A stretch of 64,000 nt of DNA from an uncultured Acidobacteriota bacterium. GTDB taxonomy: Bacteria > Acidobacteriota > Vicinamibacteria > Vicinamibacterales > 2-12-FULL-66-21. The notes below the pieces were generated by a model. The model saw only the letters and a list, made by a program, of their open reading frames with translations, was not told the DNA's origin and did no database searches. Below are positions 9,054 through 17,789 of this stretch, piece after piece; positions within the stretch are counted from its first letter, which is position 1, and each line of letters opens with the position of its first letter. The stretch covers positions 82,658 through 146,657 of the forward strand of contig CAWJYM010000009.1 in assembly GCA_963847125.1 (NCBI GenBank), in the 5' to 3' direction. The position numbers and the translations under genes are program-made.

Positions 9054-9674
9054 TCAGACCGCAGGTTTGCGTGCCGTGAACCAGGCGACCGCACCAAGAA
9101 GCTCCCGGCTGGTCGCCGGCACGAGGCCGGAGGCAGCCAGCCCCTGCGTGAAGCCCGCCGAGTCGAACCGGTCATGCTGTGGATGCTCGAAGAGCCGCCG
9201 GCTGATGGGATGAACGATGAAGGGCCGAAGGATTTCTTCGGCGTAGAACTGTCCACCCGGCCGGAGCACACGATGCACCTCCGCTACAGCCCGCCGCCAC
9301 TCGGGAACATGATGGATGGCACCGAAGTCGACAACCGCATCGTACACGTCGTCCCGCACGGCTATCGCGCTCGCGTCACCCACCCACAGTCGAACCCGCG
9401 AACCATACCTGGCGAGCCGCCGTCGGGCGAGGCCGACCATCCGGGGATCGAGATCGAACGCGTCGACGGAATCGGCGCCGAAGAGCTCGAGGATGAGCTC
9501 GGTGCCGACACCGCGACCACAGCCGACTTCCAGGGCCCGCCCGCCCCGGATCGCGCCACCCATCCGAAGCAGACGACGCGCCTCGACGTACCGCTGGAGG
9601 GCCGCCCGCACCGGGTTGTTCATGAGGGCCTGTTCGAAGCGATTAAGCAGCACTGTAACGTGCCCTCCGATCAT
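9054..9674 (-). CDS. class I SAM-dependent methyltransferase
   Basis: Motif I ALEVGCGRGVGTELI, then DAFDLDPRMV. Confidence 0.85.
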   Translation of the reverse strand: MIGGHVTVLLNRFEQALMNNPVRAALQRYVEARRLLRMGGAIRGGRALEVGCGRGVGTELILELFGADSVDAFDLDPRMVGLARRRLARYGSRVRLWVGDASAIAVRDDVYDAVVDFGAIHHVPEWRRAVAEVHRVLRPGGQFYAEEILRPFIVHPISRRLFEHPQHDRFDSAGFTQGLAASGLVPATSRELLGAVAWFTARKPAV

Positions 9675-10037
9675 CAGCGCGGGCAGTTAATCCAAGAACT
9701 GGCTCGCTCTCAGCGCCCCATTCAGCTAGACGAGGATGGCCGAGAGGGCGAGGGCCGGGTCAGTTTGACCCCCGCGTCGAACTCTAGACACCAGGCAAGA
9801 ATGGCCCGGTGCCGGGCGCTGCCAATCGTCTGATAGCGCGTCGAAGGCTGTCGAGGCCAGATGCGGCAACCGCACGCAGGAATCTGATAGCTGCTCGAAT
9901 CTTCGTCATTGTGCCTCCAAACTGACCTGCGACCACCCGATGCTACCGCGTTCGCCCGGCGCGTGCCCGCCGCTTGTCGGCTGCAGCAGTCAGCGGCCGC
10001 CGTTCCCGAGTCGAGTTCGGTCTGTTAGCCCTCGGTC

Positions 10038-10352
10038 CTACCACCTTGCCTGAAGGTCCACTACGTCGTAGTGCTCGACCTCTTGCGGCAGTTCGAGGAG
10101 CGCGGCTTTGTCCTCCGGGTAGTACTTCGGCCGCCCAGGGTCGCCGTCCGTGTACTCGACAAGCGCCTCCATGGAATCCCAGAATGACACGAACATGAAC
10201 TCGACCGCGTCTGAGGCAGGCCGACGGAGAAGGATCCAACCTCGATTACCGCTCACTCCCCCGTAGTCCGGGTAAGCCATCTCCTTCAGGAAGCGCTGGT
10301 ACTCGTCGGCTTTTGACACGCTGGTTCTACCTCGCCACACCCGAATGATCAT
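10038..10352 (-). CDS. ABM/Dabb-like (antibiotic biosynthesis monooxygenase fold) protein
   Basis: ATG 10352 preceded by the purine-rich ggggggacaggg. MIIRVWRGRTSVSKADEYQRFL..FMFVSFWDSMEAL. Confidence 0.6.
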   Translation of the reverse strand: MIIRVWRGRTSVSKADEYQRFLKEMAYPDYGGVSGNRGWILLRRPASDAVEFMFVSFWDSMEALVEYTDGDPGRPKYYPEDKAALLELPQEVEHYDVVDLQARW

Positions 10353-10510
10353 CCCTGTCCCCCCAGCTGCCCCTGCCCTCACGTCGCGGTCGGTCCAACG
10401 ACTGCGTTCACTTGCCGGGCCGTCTGCAAGGAACGTGATGTCTCGAAAAACCGTCGCGCCGGCCCGGTCAAGTGCAACGCTTTGTCGTGCCGCGATCCGG
10501 CGGTGTTCGT

Positions 10511-11176
10511 TCAGCCTTGCCGGCTCACCATGAAGTTAATCCAGATCGGGGCGAAGGGGGACGTGCAACCCTTCGACACGGGATAGTCCCGATAGATTCC
10601 CAACTTCTCGCCTATGGCGATGGCCCGCTTGCGGTGTTTGGGGAAGTGGATTCCGATTGCGGCAAGAGTCATGTTCATCGTCCACTGCACTTCAGGATCG
10701 GCGCTGGCCATTTCAGACTCGATGCGATCCAGCAGCGCCGGGAGAGCGAGCCCGTCCGGACTCTTCGCGACCCGCTCCGCGGTGAGGTCCCATCCGGCGC
10801 GGGCCGCCCAGCGTCCGTCCGTGGCCATCCATGCCTGGCGAAGAGTCTCCTTGTCGGGGTGCTGCCTGACGACATAGGCGATGAGCCAGTCCGCCACCCG
10901 TACAAAGGCGATCGACCGCACCATCCGTTCCATCTCGTCGGCCGACAGTTTCTTGGGCTGGATCAGGAGAGTGGCCAGGAACTGGGCGTCGACGTGCCCG
11001 GTCTCCCAGAGCGACAGAGCCAACGGATGGTCCGTCCGGATCTTTTTCGCCAGCACCCGGATGTCGCCGAGACTGACGCCGAACTGATTGTCGCCGGCGC
11101 CGCCCTTGGCGTTCTGCGCCCGCACCTTCGCGTTGCCGAGCGCTTTGAGCTGCTTGAGAGTTTCGTCGAGGGTCAT
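10511..11176 (-). CDS. DNA alkylation repair protein (AlkD-like HEAT repeat)
   Basis: 221 aa. LKALGNAKVRAQNAK.. FGVSLGDIRVLAKKI ..LWETGHVDAQFLATLL matches the AlkC/AlkD-like family. Confidence 0.8.
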   Translation of the reverse strand: MTLDETLKQLKALGNAKVRAQNAKGGAGDNQFGVSLGDIRVLAKKIRTDHPLALSLWETGHVDAQFLATLLIQPKKLSADEMERMVRSIAFVRVADWLIAYVVRQHPDKETLRQAWMATDGRWAARAGWDLTAERVAKSPDGLALPALLDRIESEMASADPEVQWTMNMTLAAIGIHFPKHRKRAIAIGEKLGIYRDYPVSKGCTSPFAPIWINFMVSRQG

Positions 11177-11208
11177 GGTCGTGATCCTACTCGGGTGAGC
11201 CAGCGAGG

Positions 11209-11460
11209 CTACTCCGTTGATGATCCTCTGGAAACAAAGACCAGGTCCTCGTCGTTTTCGACGTCGGTGATGTAGACGCGACCGAAGTGCTTCGGTTCGG
11301 CCACCATGACCCCACGGCCATTCGTTCGGAAGTGCCAGTCCATAGCGGGATCGCCCGTCAGGCCGGTGACGACGAATTCAACGTGGCCGGGATCGCCATG
11401 GCATAGGACGCGGTCGCCCTGTTCGACGAGTTCGCCCGATTGGTACTGCAGCCTCGCCAT
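11209..11460 (-). CDS. hypothetical protein
   Basis: ATG 11460 (MARLQYQSGELVEQGDRVLCHGDPGHVEFVV...). The upstream part of ORF 11209..11628 is the translated repeat. Confidence 0.55.
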   Translation of the reverse strand: MARLQYQSGELVEQGDRVLCHGDPGHVEFVVTGLTGDPAMDWHFRTNGRGVMVAEPKHFGRVYITDVENDEDLVFVSRGSSTE

Positions 11461-11473
11461 TCGCGCACGCCCA

Positions 11474-11528
11474 ACGCACAGCAGCTCGGTCCGGACCGAG
11501 TTGAACGTTGGCGCAACATCGGTGCCGC
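11474..11528. repeat. same 55-nt repeat (copy B)
   Basis: CTCGGTCCGGACCGAGTTGAACGTTGGCGCAACATCGGTGCCGC. Confidence 0.85.
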
Positions 11529-11564
11529 TCGTCGGTTGCCGCAGGAAGCAGCCGGTTCCGCGAG

Positions 11565-11900
11565 TCAGCGAGCGACGAACCACAACAGCGGCATCAGCGG
11601 CCCAGCCACGCTCGCCGCCAGACACCAACCGCCGAAAACCCGTTCGTGCTCATTGCGAAGCATGTGCAAGGTCGACAGCAGCAGGCCGGCCGCACCGCAC
11701 AGAATGGCGCCGATCAGCGTCCCGATCCCCCAGAGCGGGCCGCGGAGGAGGTTCGGCGAGATAGTCGCTGCGATGACTGTGGCCCCACCGCAGAGAAAAG
11801 CAGCCACCGCGAACATGGCCACCAGCCCGCGGTCGGTCGATGGACCAATTTCAAGTGCTGATCCAAGCAGGTCAGCCAATACATCCGTCAGGAGGCTCAT
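11565..11900 (-). CDS. 3-TM membrane protein
   Basis: 111 aa with Gly/Ala-rich hydrophobic helices. Confidence 0.6.
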   Translation of the reverse strand: MSLLTDVLADLLGSALEIGPSTDRGLVAMFAVAAFLCGGATVIAATISPNLLRGPLWGIGTLIGAILCGAAGLLLSTLHMLRNEHERVFGGWCLAASVAGPLMPLLWFVAR

Positions 11901-11990
11901 GCTGTCCGATCCCTGGCGGGGCGAATCCTGTGACGTTTCAGCTGGGCGGCGAATTCCCTCGCGAACTCCGGCGGGAAGCCATCGTCAGAT

Positions 11991-13661
11991 CTACATCCCG
12001 TCGTACTGCGGTCCTCCACCGCCCTCCGGCGGGACCCAGTCGATGATCTGGTACGGGTCCATGATGTCGCACGTCTTGCAGTGCACGCAGTTCGACGCAT
12101 TGATCTGCAGCTTCTTCCCTCCCTGCCCATCGTCCACCATCTCGTAGACGTGCGCGGGACAGAAGCGCGTGCACGGGTTGCCGAACTCGACGCGGCAGCG
12201 CGTGCGGCAGATGTCGGTGTCGTGGACGATCAGGTGCGACGGCTGGTCCTCGGCGTGGCGCGTGCCGGAGTAGTGGACGTTGGTCAGCCGGTCGAACGTC
12301 AGCTTGCGATCGATCTTGACGGGCGCGGCCGGGACGCCTCCGGCGATGGCGCCTTGCGCGTCGTAGTACTGCTCGATCGTCTCGATCCGCTCGTGCCCCG
12401 CGTGCGAGGGCATGGGGTCCTTGATCCACCAGCCGTTCGTGACGAACGACACCGCCGAGTACGCGATGCCGGCGTAGAGCCCGTGGCCAAAGCTCTGGTG
12501 GACGTTCCGGACGGCGTACAGCTCCTTCCGAACGTCGCTCTCGTTCACCTTCGTCTCGAACGCGCGCAGCTTCGACGCGGAGACGTCGCCGGCGCGAACG
12601 GCGTCGAAGGCGGTCTCGGCCGCGAGCATGCCGGTCTTGAGGGCGAGGTGCACGCCCTTGAGCCTGAAGGCATTCAGGTAGCCGGCGGCGTCGCCCACGA
12701 TGAGGGCGCCGTCCATCCACGTGCGGGGGATCGTGTGCCACCCCCCTTCGGGCAGCGCCTTCGCGCCGTAGCGCACCATCTGGCCGCCGTCGAGCAGCTC
12801 GCGCACGAGCGGATGAAGCTTGAAGCGCTGGAACGCGAGGTGCGGATCGAACAGCGGGTCCCGGTAGTCGAGCCCGGCGACGAATCCGACAGACAGAAGC
12901 CCGTCCGGCATCGTGTAGATGAAGCCGCCGCCGAACTCCTCGTTCTTGAGCGGATAGCCCATGGTGTGCATCACGACGCCCGGGCCGATCCGCTCCTTCG
13001 GGACCTCCCACAGCTCCTTGATGCCGATCGCGTAGACCTGCTGCTGCTTCCCCTCGTCCAGCTTCAGCCGGCGGACGAGCGTCTTCGTGAGGTTGCCGCG
13101 GACGCCCTCCGCGAGGATCGTGACCTTCGCCGAGATGTCCACCCCCGGCTCGAACGTCCCCTTCTTCTCGCCGTGCTTGCCGATGCCGCGATCGCCCGTG
13201 CGAACCCCGGCCACGCGGTTCCCGTCGAGCAGCATCTCCGTCGCGGAGAAGCCGGTGAAGAGGTCGATCCCCTCCGCCTCGACGAGCGAAGCCAGCCACT
13301 TCACGAGCTTGTTCAGCGACATGACGTAGTGGCCGTGGTTCGCGAACGGCGGAGGCGTGATCGGGAACTTGAAGCGATTGTGCTCGGTGAGGAAGTAGAT
13401 GCGGTCCTCGTGGACCTCGGCGGCGAGCGGCGCCCCCTTCTCCTTGAAGTCCGGCACGAGCTCGCGAAGGCTGCGCGGATCGAGGAGCGCCCCCGACAGC
13501 ATGTGCGCGCCCGCCTCGCGCGCTTTCTCGAGGACCGCTATCGAGAGCGGCTCGCCCCCCTTTTCCTTCTGGAGCTGGGCAAGACGAAGCGCCGCGCCCA
13601 TGCCGGCGGGGCCGCCGCCCACGATGAGGACGTCGACTTCGAGGGTTTCGCGGTCCGCCAT
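11991..13661 (-). CDS. electron transfer flavoprotein-ubiquinone oxidoreductase
   Basis: 556 aa. N-terminal FAD motif DVLIVGGGPAGMGAA. C-terminal 4Fe-4S segment CPAHVYE..NASNCVHCKTCDI. Confidence 0.92.
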   Translation of the reverse strand: MADRETLEVDVLIVGGGPAGMGAALRLAQLQKEKGGEPLSIAVLEKAREAGAHMLSGALLDPRSLRELVPDFKEKGAPLAAEVHEDRIYFLTEHNRFKFPITPPPFANHGHYVMSLNKLVKWLASLVEAEGIDLFTGFSATEMLLDGNRVAGVRTGDRGIGKHGEKKGTFEPGVDISAKVTILAEGVRGNLTKTLVRRLKLDEGKQQQVYAIGIKELWEVPKERIGPGVVMHTMGYPLKNEEFGGGFIYTMPDGLLSVGFVAGLDYRDPLFDPHLAFQRFKLHPLVRELLDGGQMVRYGAKALPEGGWHTIPRTWMDGALIVGDAAGYLNAFRLKGVHLALKTGMLAAETAFDAVRAGDVSASKLRAFETKVNESDVRKELYAVRNVHQSFGHGLYAGIAYSAVSFVTNGWWIKDPMPSHAGHERIETIEQYYDAQGAIAGGVPAAPVKIDRKLTFDRLTNVHYSGTRHAEDQPSHLIVHDTDICRTRCRVEFGNPCTRFCPAHVYEMVDDGQGGKKLQINASNCVHCKTCDIMDPYQIIDWVPPEGGGGPQYDGM

Positions 13662-13708
13662 GCTCTGCTCGGATTACCCCGCTGTTCAGATGATGCCATC
13701 GCCAACGG

Positions 13709-13733
13709 TGTAGGCCCGACCTTCAGGTCGGGC
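13709..13733 (+). repeat. GTAG-headed REP hairpin
   Basis: TGTAG GCCCGACC ttca GGTCGGGC. Confidence 0.8.
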
Positions 13734-13743
13734 GTGGTCGGAT

Positions 13744-13761
13744 CATCCGGCCGCCCGGATG
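13744..13761. repeat. hairpin CATCCGG-ccgc-CCGGATG
   Basis: 7-bp perfect stem between the two REPs in the etfA / ETF-QO spacer. Confidence 0.6.
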
Positions 13762-13771
13762 TTTCCAGCAC

Positions 13772-13797
13772 GCCCGGCCTGAAAGGCCGGGCTTACA
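13772..13797 (-). terminator. REP hairpin (TGTAA GCCCGGCC tttca GGCCGGGC) starting on the etfA stop codon
   Basis: The minus strand reads ..gaa aaa ATG TAA gcccggcctttcaggccgggc. 8-bp GC stem, no U-tract. Confidence 0.5.
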
Positions 13798-14755
13798 TTT
13801 TTTCCAGCTCAGCGATCATCGCCGGGACCACCTCGAACAGATCGCCCACGATGCCGTAGTCCGCCACCTCGAAGATGGGCGCTTCCGAGTCCTTGTTGAC
13901 CGCAGCGATCGTCCGCGAGCCCTTCATCCCGACGACGTGCTGGATCGCGCCCGAGATGCCGAGCGCGAAGTACAGCTTGGGCGCGACGGTCTGGCCGGAG
14001 CTGCCGATCTGCCGGTCCATGGGAAGCCAGCCCGAGTCGCAGATCGGCCGCGAGGCGGCCACCTCGGCGCCGAGCGCCTTCGCCAGCTTCTCGGCGAGCG
14101 CGATGTGCTCCTGGCCCTTGATACCGCGGCCGACGGCGACGATCCGCTCGGCCTGCGAGAGGTCGACCGCCTGCTTCGCTTCCTTGAACGGCGCCTCCGG
14201 CTTCTGACGGATCGCGGCGGCGTCCACCTTCGCGGCGACCGTGCGCACGGGGACCGCCGAGGCTCCCCGCTTCGCGGCGTCGGCCCGATACGCGCCGATC
14301 TGCATCGTGACGAGATGCGGCGCCGGGCCTTCGGCAACCACGTCGGCGCTGAGCTTGCCCTGGAACATCGGCCGGACGAAGGCGCGGCTGCCGCCGTCCG
14401 CCTTGATCGCGACGCAGTCGGTCACGATGGCGCGCTGGAGCCGCGCCGCGAGCGCCGGCGCGAAGTCGCGTGTCTGGTACGTGTGCGGCAGCAGCACGAG
14501 CTCCGGAGCCAGCTCACCGATGATCCCCGCGAGCGCCGCGACGTAGCCGTCCGGCGTGTAGGGCTCGAGCGCGGGGGATTCGAGCGCGACGATCTCCTTG
14601 ACGTCGGCCGCCGCCAGCTCGCCGGCGACACTCGCCACCGAGGCGCCCGGCACGACGACGGCGATCGGCCCGCCCGCCTGCTGCGCCGCGGCGAGCGTCT
14701 CCCACGTCGCCCGGTTCAGTTTTCCTTCACGCTGTTCGGCGATGACCAGATTCAT
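13793..14755 (-). CDS. etfA: electron transfer flavoprotein alpha subunit
   Basis: 320 aa. SRPICDSGWLPMDRQIGSSGQTVAPKLYFALGISGAIQH is the ETF-alpha FAD-binding signature. Confidence 0.92.
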   Translation of the reverse strand: MNLVIAEQREGKLNRATWETLAAAQQAGGPIAVVVPGASVASVAGELAAADVKEIVALESPALEPYTPDGYVAALAGIIGELAPELVLLPHTYQTRDFAPALAARLQRAIVTDCVAIKADGGSRAFVRPMFQGKLSADVVAEGPAPHLVTMQIGAYRADAAKRGASAVPVRTVAAKVDAAAIRQKPEAPFKEAKQAVDLSQAERIVAVGRGIKGQEHIALAEKLAKALGAEVAASRPICDSGWLPMDRQIGSSGQTVAPKLYFALGISGAIQHVVGMKGSRTIAAVNKDSEAPIFEVADYGIVGDLFEVVPAMIAELEKM

Positions 14756-14790
14756 TCAGCACTCAGCATTCAGCAATCCGCATTGAGCTA
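14756..14790 (-). repeat. tandem heptamer array x5 (minus strand CTCAATG CGGATTG CTGAATG CTGAGTG CTGAATG)
   Basis: Fills the entire etfB-stop to etfA-start spacer. Confidence 0.9.
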
Positions 14791-15555
14791 GATGACCCGG
14801 GCTTCTTCCCGGAGTCGTTTCACCAGCTCCTTGGCCGCCTCAGACGGAGAACCCGGGATCATCTGCGTCTTCTTCCCCTTCTCGGGCACGTACAGGCTCA
14901 CGATGCGCTGGCGCGCGGCCGGCACCGCGGCGGCGGGGACCTTGCGGATCTCCTTTTTCTTCGCCCCCATGATCCCTTTCAGGGTCGCGTAGCGAAGCTG
15001 GTTGATCCCGCTCTGGATGGTCAGGAGCGCCGGCAGCGGCATCGCCACCCACTGGAACCAGCCGCCTTCCAGCTCGCGCTTGACGCGCATCGTCTTTGCC
15101 GCGGCGTCCACGGTGACTTCCATGATGATCGTGGCGTGAGGCACCCCGAGCATCTCCGCGAGGACGACGCCCACCTGGCCGAAGCCCTGGTCGTCGGACT
15201 GGAGGCCCGTCAGGACGAGGTCGAACGCTTCGTCGCGGATGGCGGCGGCGAGCGCCCCGGCGACTTGAACGGCATCGGCCGAGGCGAGCGCGTCCGACTC
15301 GACGTGGATCGCGCGATCCGCCCCGCGGGCGAGCGCCTCGCGCAGGACCTGGGCGGCGCGCGGCGGCCCGGCCGAGCACACGACGACTTCGCCGCCGTGC
15401 TTCTCCTTGAGACGCAGCGCCTCCTCGAGCGCGTACGCATCCGGCTCGTTGAGCTCGAAGCTGGCGTCCTGGTCACGAATCCAGGTCTTCTGTTCGCTCA
15501 CGCGGATCGGCCACTCGCGCGTGATGACTTGCTTGACGCAGACGGCAATTTTCAT
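14788..15555 (-). CDS. etfB: electron transfer flavoprotein beta subunit
   Basis: 255 aa. MKIAVCVKQV.. ..DLVLTGLQSDD. Its ATG overlaps the fabF stop (ATGA). Confidence 0.92.
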   Translation of the reverse strand: MKIAVCVKQVITREWPIRVSEQKTWIRDQDASFELNEPDAYALEEALRLKEKHGGEVVVCSAGPPRAAQVLREALARGADRAIHVESDALASADAVQVAGALAAAIRDEAFDLVLTGLQSDDQGFGQVGVVLAEMLGVPHATIIMEVTVDAAAKTMRVKRELEGGWFQWVAMPLPALLTIQSGINQLRYATLKGIMGAKKKEIRKVPAAAVPAARQRIVSLYVPEKGKKTQMIPGSPSEAAKELVKRLREEARVI

Positions 15556-16793
15556 TCAGAGAATCGTTTGAAGAGGAGCGCGCCGTTCGTGCCGCCGAAG
15601 CCGAAGGAGTTCGACAGCGCGTACTCGATGGCGAGCGGGCGCGCTTTGTGCGGCACGTAGTCGAGATCGCATTCGGGGTCGGGGTGCTCGAGGTTGATCG
15701 TCGGCGGGACCATCTGGTGCTTCACCGCGAGCGCCGAGATCCCCGCCTCGAGGCCGCCCGCCGCACCCAGCAGATGCCCCGTCATCGACTTCGTCGAGGA
15801 GATGGCGAGCGAGCCGGCATGGTCGCCGAAGAGCTTTTTGATCGCCAGCGTCTCGAGCTTGTCGTTGTACGGCGTCGACGTGCCGTGCGCGTTGATGTAC
15901 TGGACGTCAGCGGGCCCGACCTTCGCGTCGCGAAGCGCCGCGCCCATCACCCGCATCGCGCCGTCGCCATCCTCTGACGGCGCGGTGATGTGGTACGCGT
16001 CGCCAGACATGCCGTATCCGACCATCTCCGCATAGACCGGCGCCCCGCGCCGGCGGGCGTGCTCCAGCTCTTCGAGCACGATCACGCCCGCGCCCTCGCC
16101 CATCACGAACCCGTCCCGTTCGGCATCGAACGGCCGGCTGGCACCCGCGGGATTGTCGTTGCGCGTGGACAGCGCACGCATCGCCGCGAACCCGCCGACC
16201 CCGAGCGGCGTGATCGCCGCCTCGGACCCGCCGGCGATCATCACGTCGGCGTCGCAGCGGCGGATGACTTCCCAGGCATCGCCGATCGCGTGCGCGGAGG
16301 CGGAGCACGCGGTGCAGGTGGCGGAGTTCGGGCCCTTGGCGCCGATGCGGATCGAGACCTGGCCCGCGGCGAGGTTGATGATGGCGGCCGGGATGAAGAA
16401 CGGCGAGATGCGGCGCGGCCCCCCGTCGAGCAGCGCCTTGTGCTCGCGCTCGATCGTGCTGAACCCGCCGATGCCGGAGGCGATGAAGACGCCGGCCCGC
16501 GGCGCCAGCTCGGGACCGATCGTCAGCCGCGCGTCGCGCATCGCGAAATCGGCCGCGGCGATGGCGAACTGGATGAAGACGTCCATCTTCTTGACGTCTT
16601 TCTTCTCGACGAATTTCAGCGGATCGAACCCCGGGACCTCGCCGGCGATGCGACAGGCGTGCTGCGCCGCGTCGAAACGGGTGATCGGACCGATCCCGCT
16701 GCGCCCGGCTAACAGCGCTTCCCAGTTGGCGGCGGTCCCCACCCCGAGCGGGGACACGAGGCCAACCCCCGTGATGACGACGCGCCTGCTCAT
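15552..16793 (-). CDS. fabF: beta-ketoacyl-ACP synthase II
   Basis: 413 aa. RRVVITGVGLVSPLG, active-site ATCTACSASAHAIG, HGTSTP, NSFGFGGTN. Confidence 0.95.
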   Translation of the reverse strand: MSRRVVITGVGLVSPLGVGTAANWEALLAGRSGIGPITRFDAAQHACRIAGEVPGFDPLKFVEKKDVKKMDVFIQFAIAAADFAMRDARLTIGPELAPRAGVFIASGIGGFSTIEREHKALLDGGPRRISPFFIPAAIINLAAGQVSIRIGAKGPNSATCTACSASAHAIGDAWEVIRRCDADVMIAGGSEAAITPLGVGGFAAMRALSTRNDNPAGASRPFDAERDGFVMGEGAGVIVLEELEHARRRGAPVYAEMVGYGMSGDAYHITAPSEDGDGAMRVMGAALRDAKVGPADVQYINAHGTSTPYNDKLETLAIKKLFGDHAGSLAISSTKSMTGHLLGAAGGLEAGISALAVKHQMVPPTINLEHPDPECDLDYVPHKARPLAIEYALSNSFGFGGTNGALLFKRFSE

Positions 16794-16797
16794 CCCC

Positions 16798-17043
16798 CTA
16801 TTTCTTGGCCTTGGCGTGCGACTCGATGTACTCGACCGCTTCCTTCACGCGCGTAATCTTCTCGGCGTCTTCGTCCGGGATCTCGATCCCGAACTCCTCC
16901 TCGAACGCCATGACCAGCTCGACGGTGTCGAGCGAGTCCGCGCCGAGGTCGTCCACGAACGACGCGTCGGGCGTGACCTCCTCTTCGTCGACCCCGAGCT
17001 GCTCCACGATGATGCCCTTCACTTTTTCAGCAACCGCCATCAT
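16798..17043 (-). CDS. acpP: acyl carrier protein
   Basis: [19 protein letters not shown] (phosphopantetheine Ser). AGGAGG lies just upstream. The true start may be the second ATG at 17040. Confidence 0.95.
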   Translation of the reverse strand: MMAVAEKVKGIIVEQLGVDEEEVTPDASFVDDLGADSLDTVELVMAFEEEFGIEIPDEDAEKITRVKEAVEYIESHAKAKK

Positions 17044-17048
17044 GCCTC

Positions 17049-17789
17049 CTACATGTACATGCCGCCGTTGACCGCGATGACCTGCCCCGTAATATACGCT
17101 GCCTCATCCGAGGCGAGAAAGCAGACCGCGGCGGCCACATCGTCCGGCGTGCCGAGACGGCCGAGTGGAATCTTCTCCACCCAGGTGTCGCGCGCGCCCT
17201 CGGTGAGCGCGCGCGTCATATCGGTGTCGATCAGCCCTGGCGCGACCACGTTGACCGTGATGCCGCGCGACGCCACTTCCAGCGCCAGGGCCTTCGAGAA
17301 GCCGATGAGCCCCGCTTTCGACGCGGCGTAGTTCGCCTGGCCCGGATTGCCGGCCTGGCCGACGACGGAGCTGATGGTGATGATCCGGCCGGCGCGCTGC
17401 TTCATCATCGGCCGCAGCACCGCCTGCGCGCAGGCGAACGCCGCCGTCAGGTTCGTCGCCAGGACCGCATCCCAGTCCGCCGGCTTCATCCGCACGATGA
17501 GCTGATCCCGGGCGATGCCGGCGTTGCTGACCAGGATGTCCACGCGCCCGTGGCGCTCGAGCGCGCCGCCGACCATGGCGTCGATCGAAGCGTGATCGGT
17601 AACGTCCACCTTGGCCGCTTCGGCCCTGCCGCCCGCCGCTGAAATCGCCTCGACGACCGCCCCTGTCTCGGCGCCGCGCGCCGCCGCCACGACGTGGGCG
17701 CCGCGCGCCGCGAGCCGGCTCGCGATGGCCCGGCCGATGCCGCGCGACGCGCCGGTGACGATCGCCACGCGGCCAGCCAGATCAGTCAT
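17049..17789 (-). CDS. fabG: 3-oxoacyl-ACP reductase
   Basis: [26 protein letters not shown] motifs. Confidence 0.93.
   Translation of the reverse strand: MTDLAGRVAIVTGASRGIGRAIASRLAARGAHVVAAARGAETGAVVEAISAAGGRAEAAKVDVTDHASIDAMVGGALERHGRVDILVSNAGIARDQLIVRMKPADWDAVLATNLTAAFACAQAVLRPMMKQRAGRIITISSVVGQAGNPGQANYAASKAGLIGFSKALALEVASRGITVNVVAPGLIDTDMTRALTEGARDTWVEKIPLGRLGTPDDVAAAVCFLASDEAAYITGQVIAVNGGMYM

Noticed and set aside
11915-11980. Three GGCGG(G/C)GAA(T)(T)CC-like words spaced about 25-30 nt apart in the ETF-QO / membrane-protein spacer.
   Set aside because: They are degenerate and irregularly spaced. They could be chance in GC-rich DNA.
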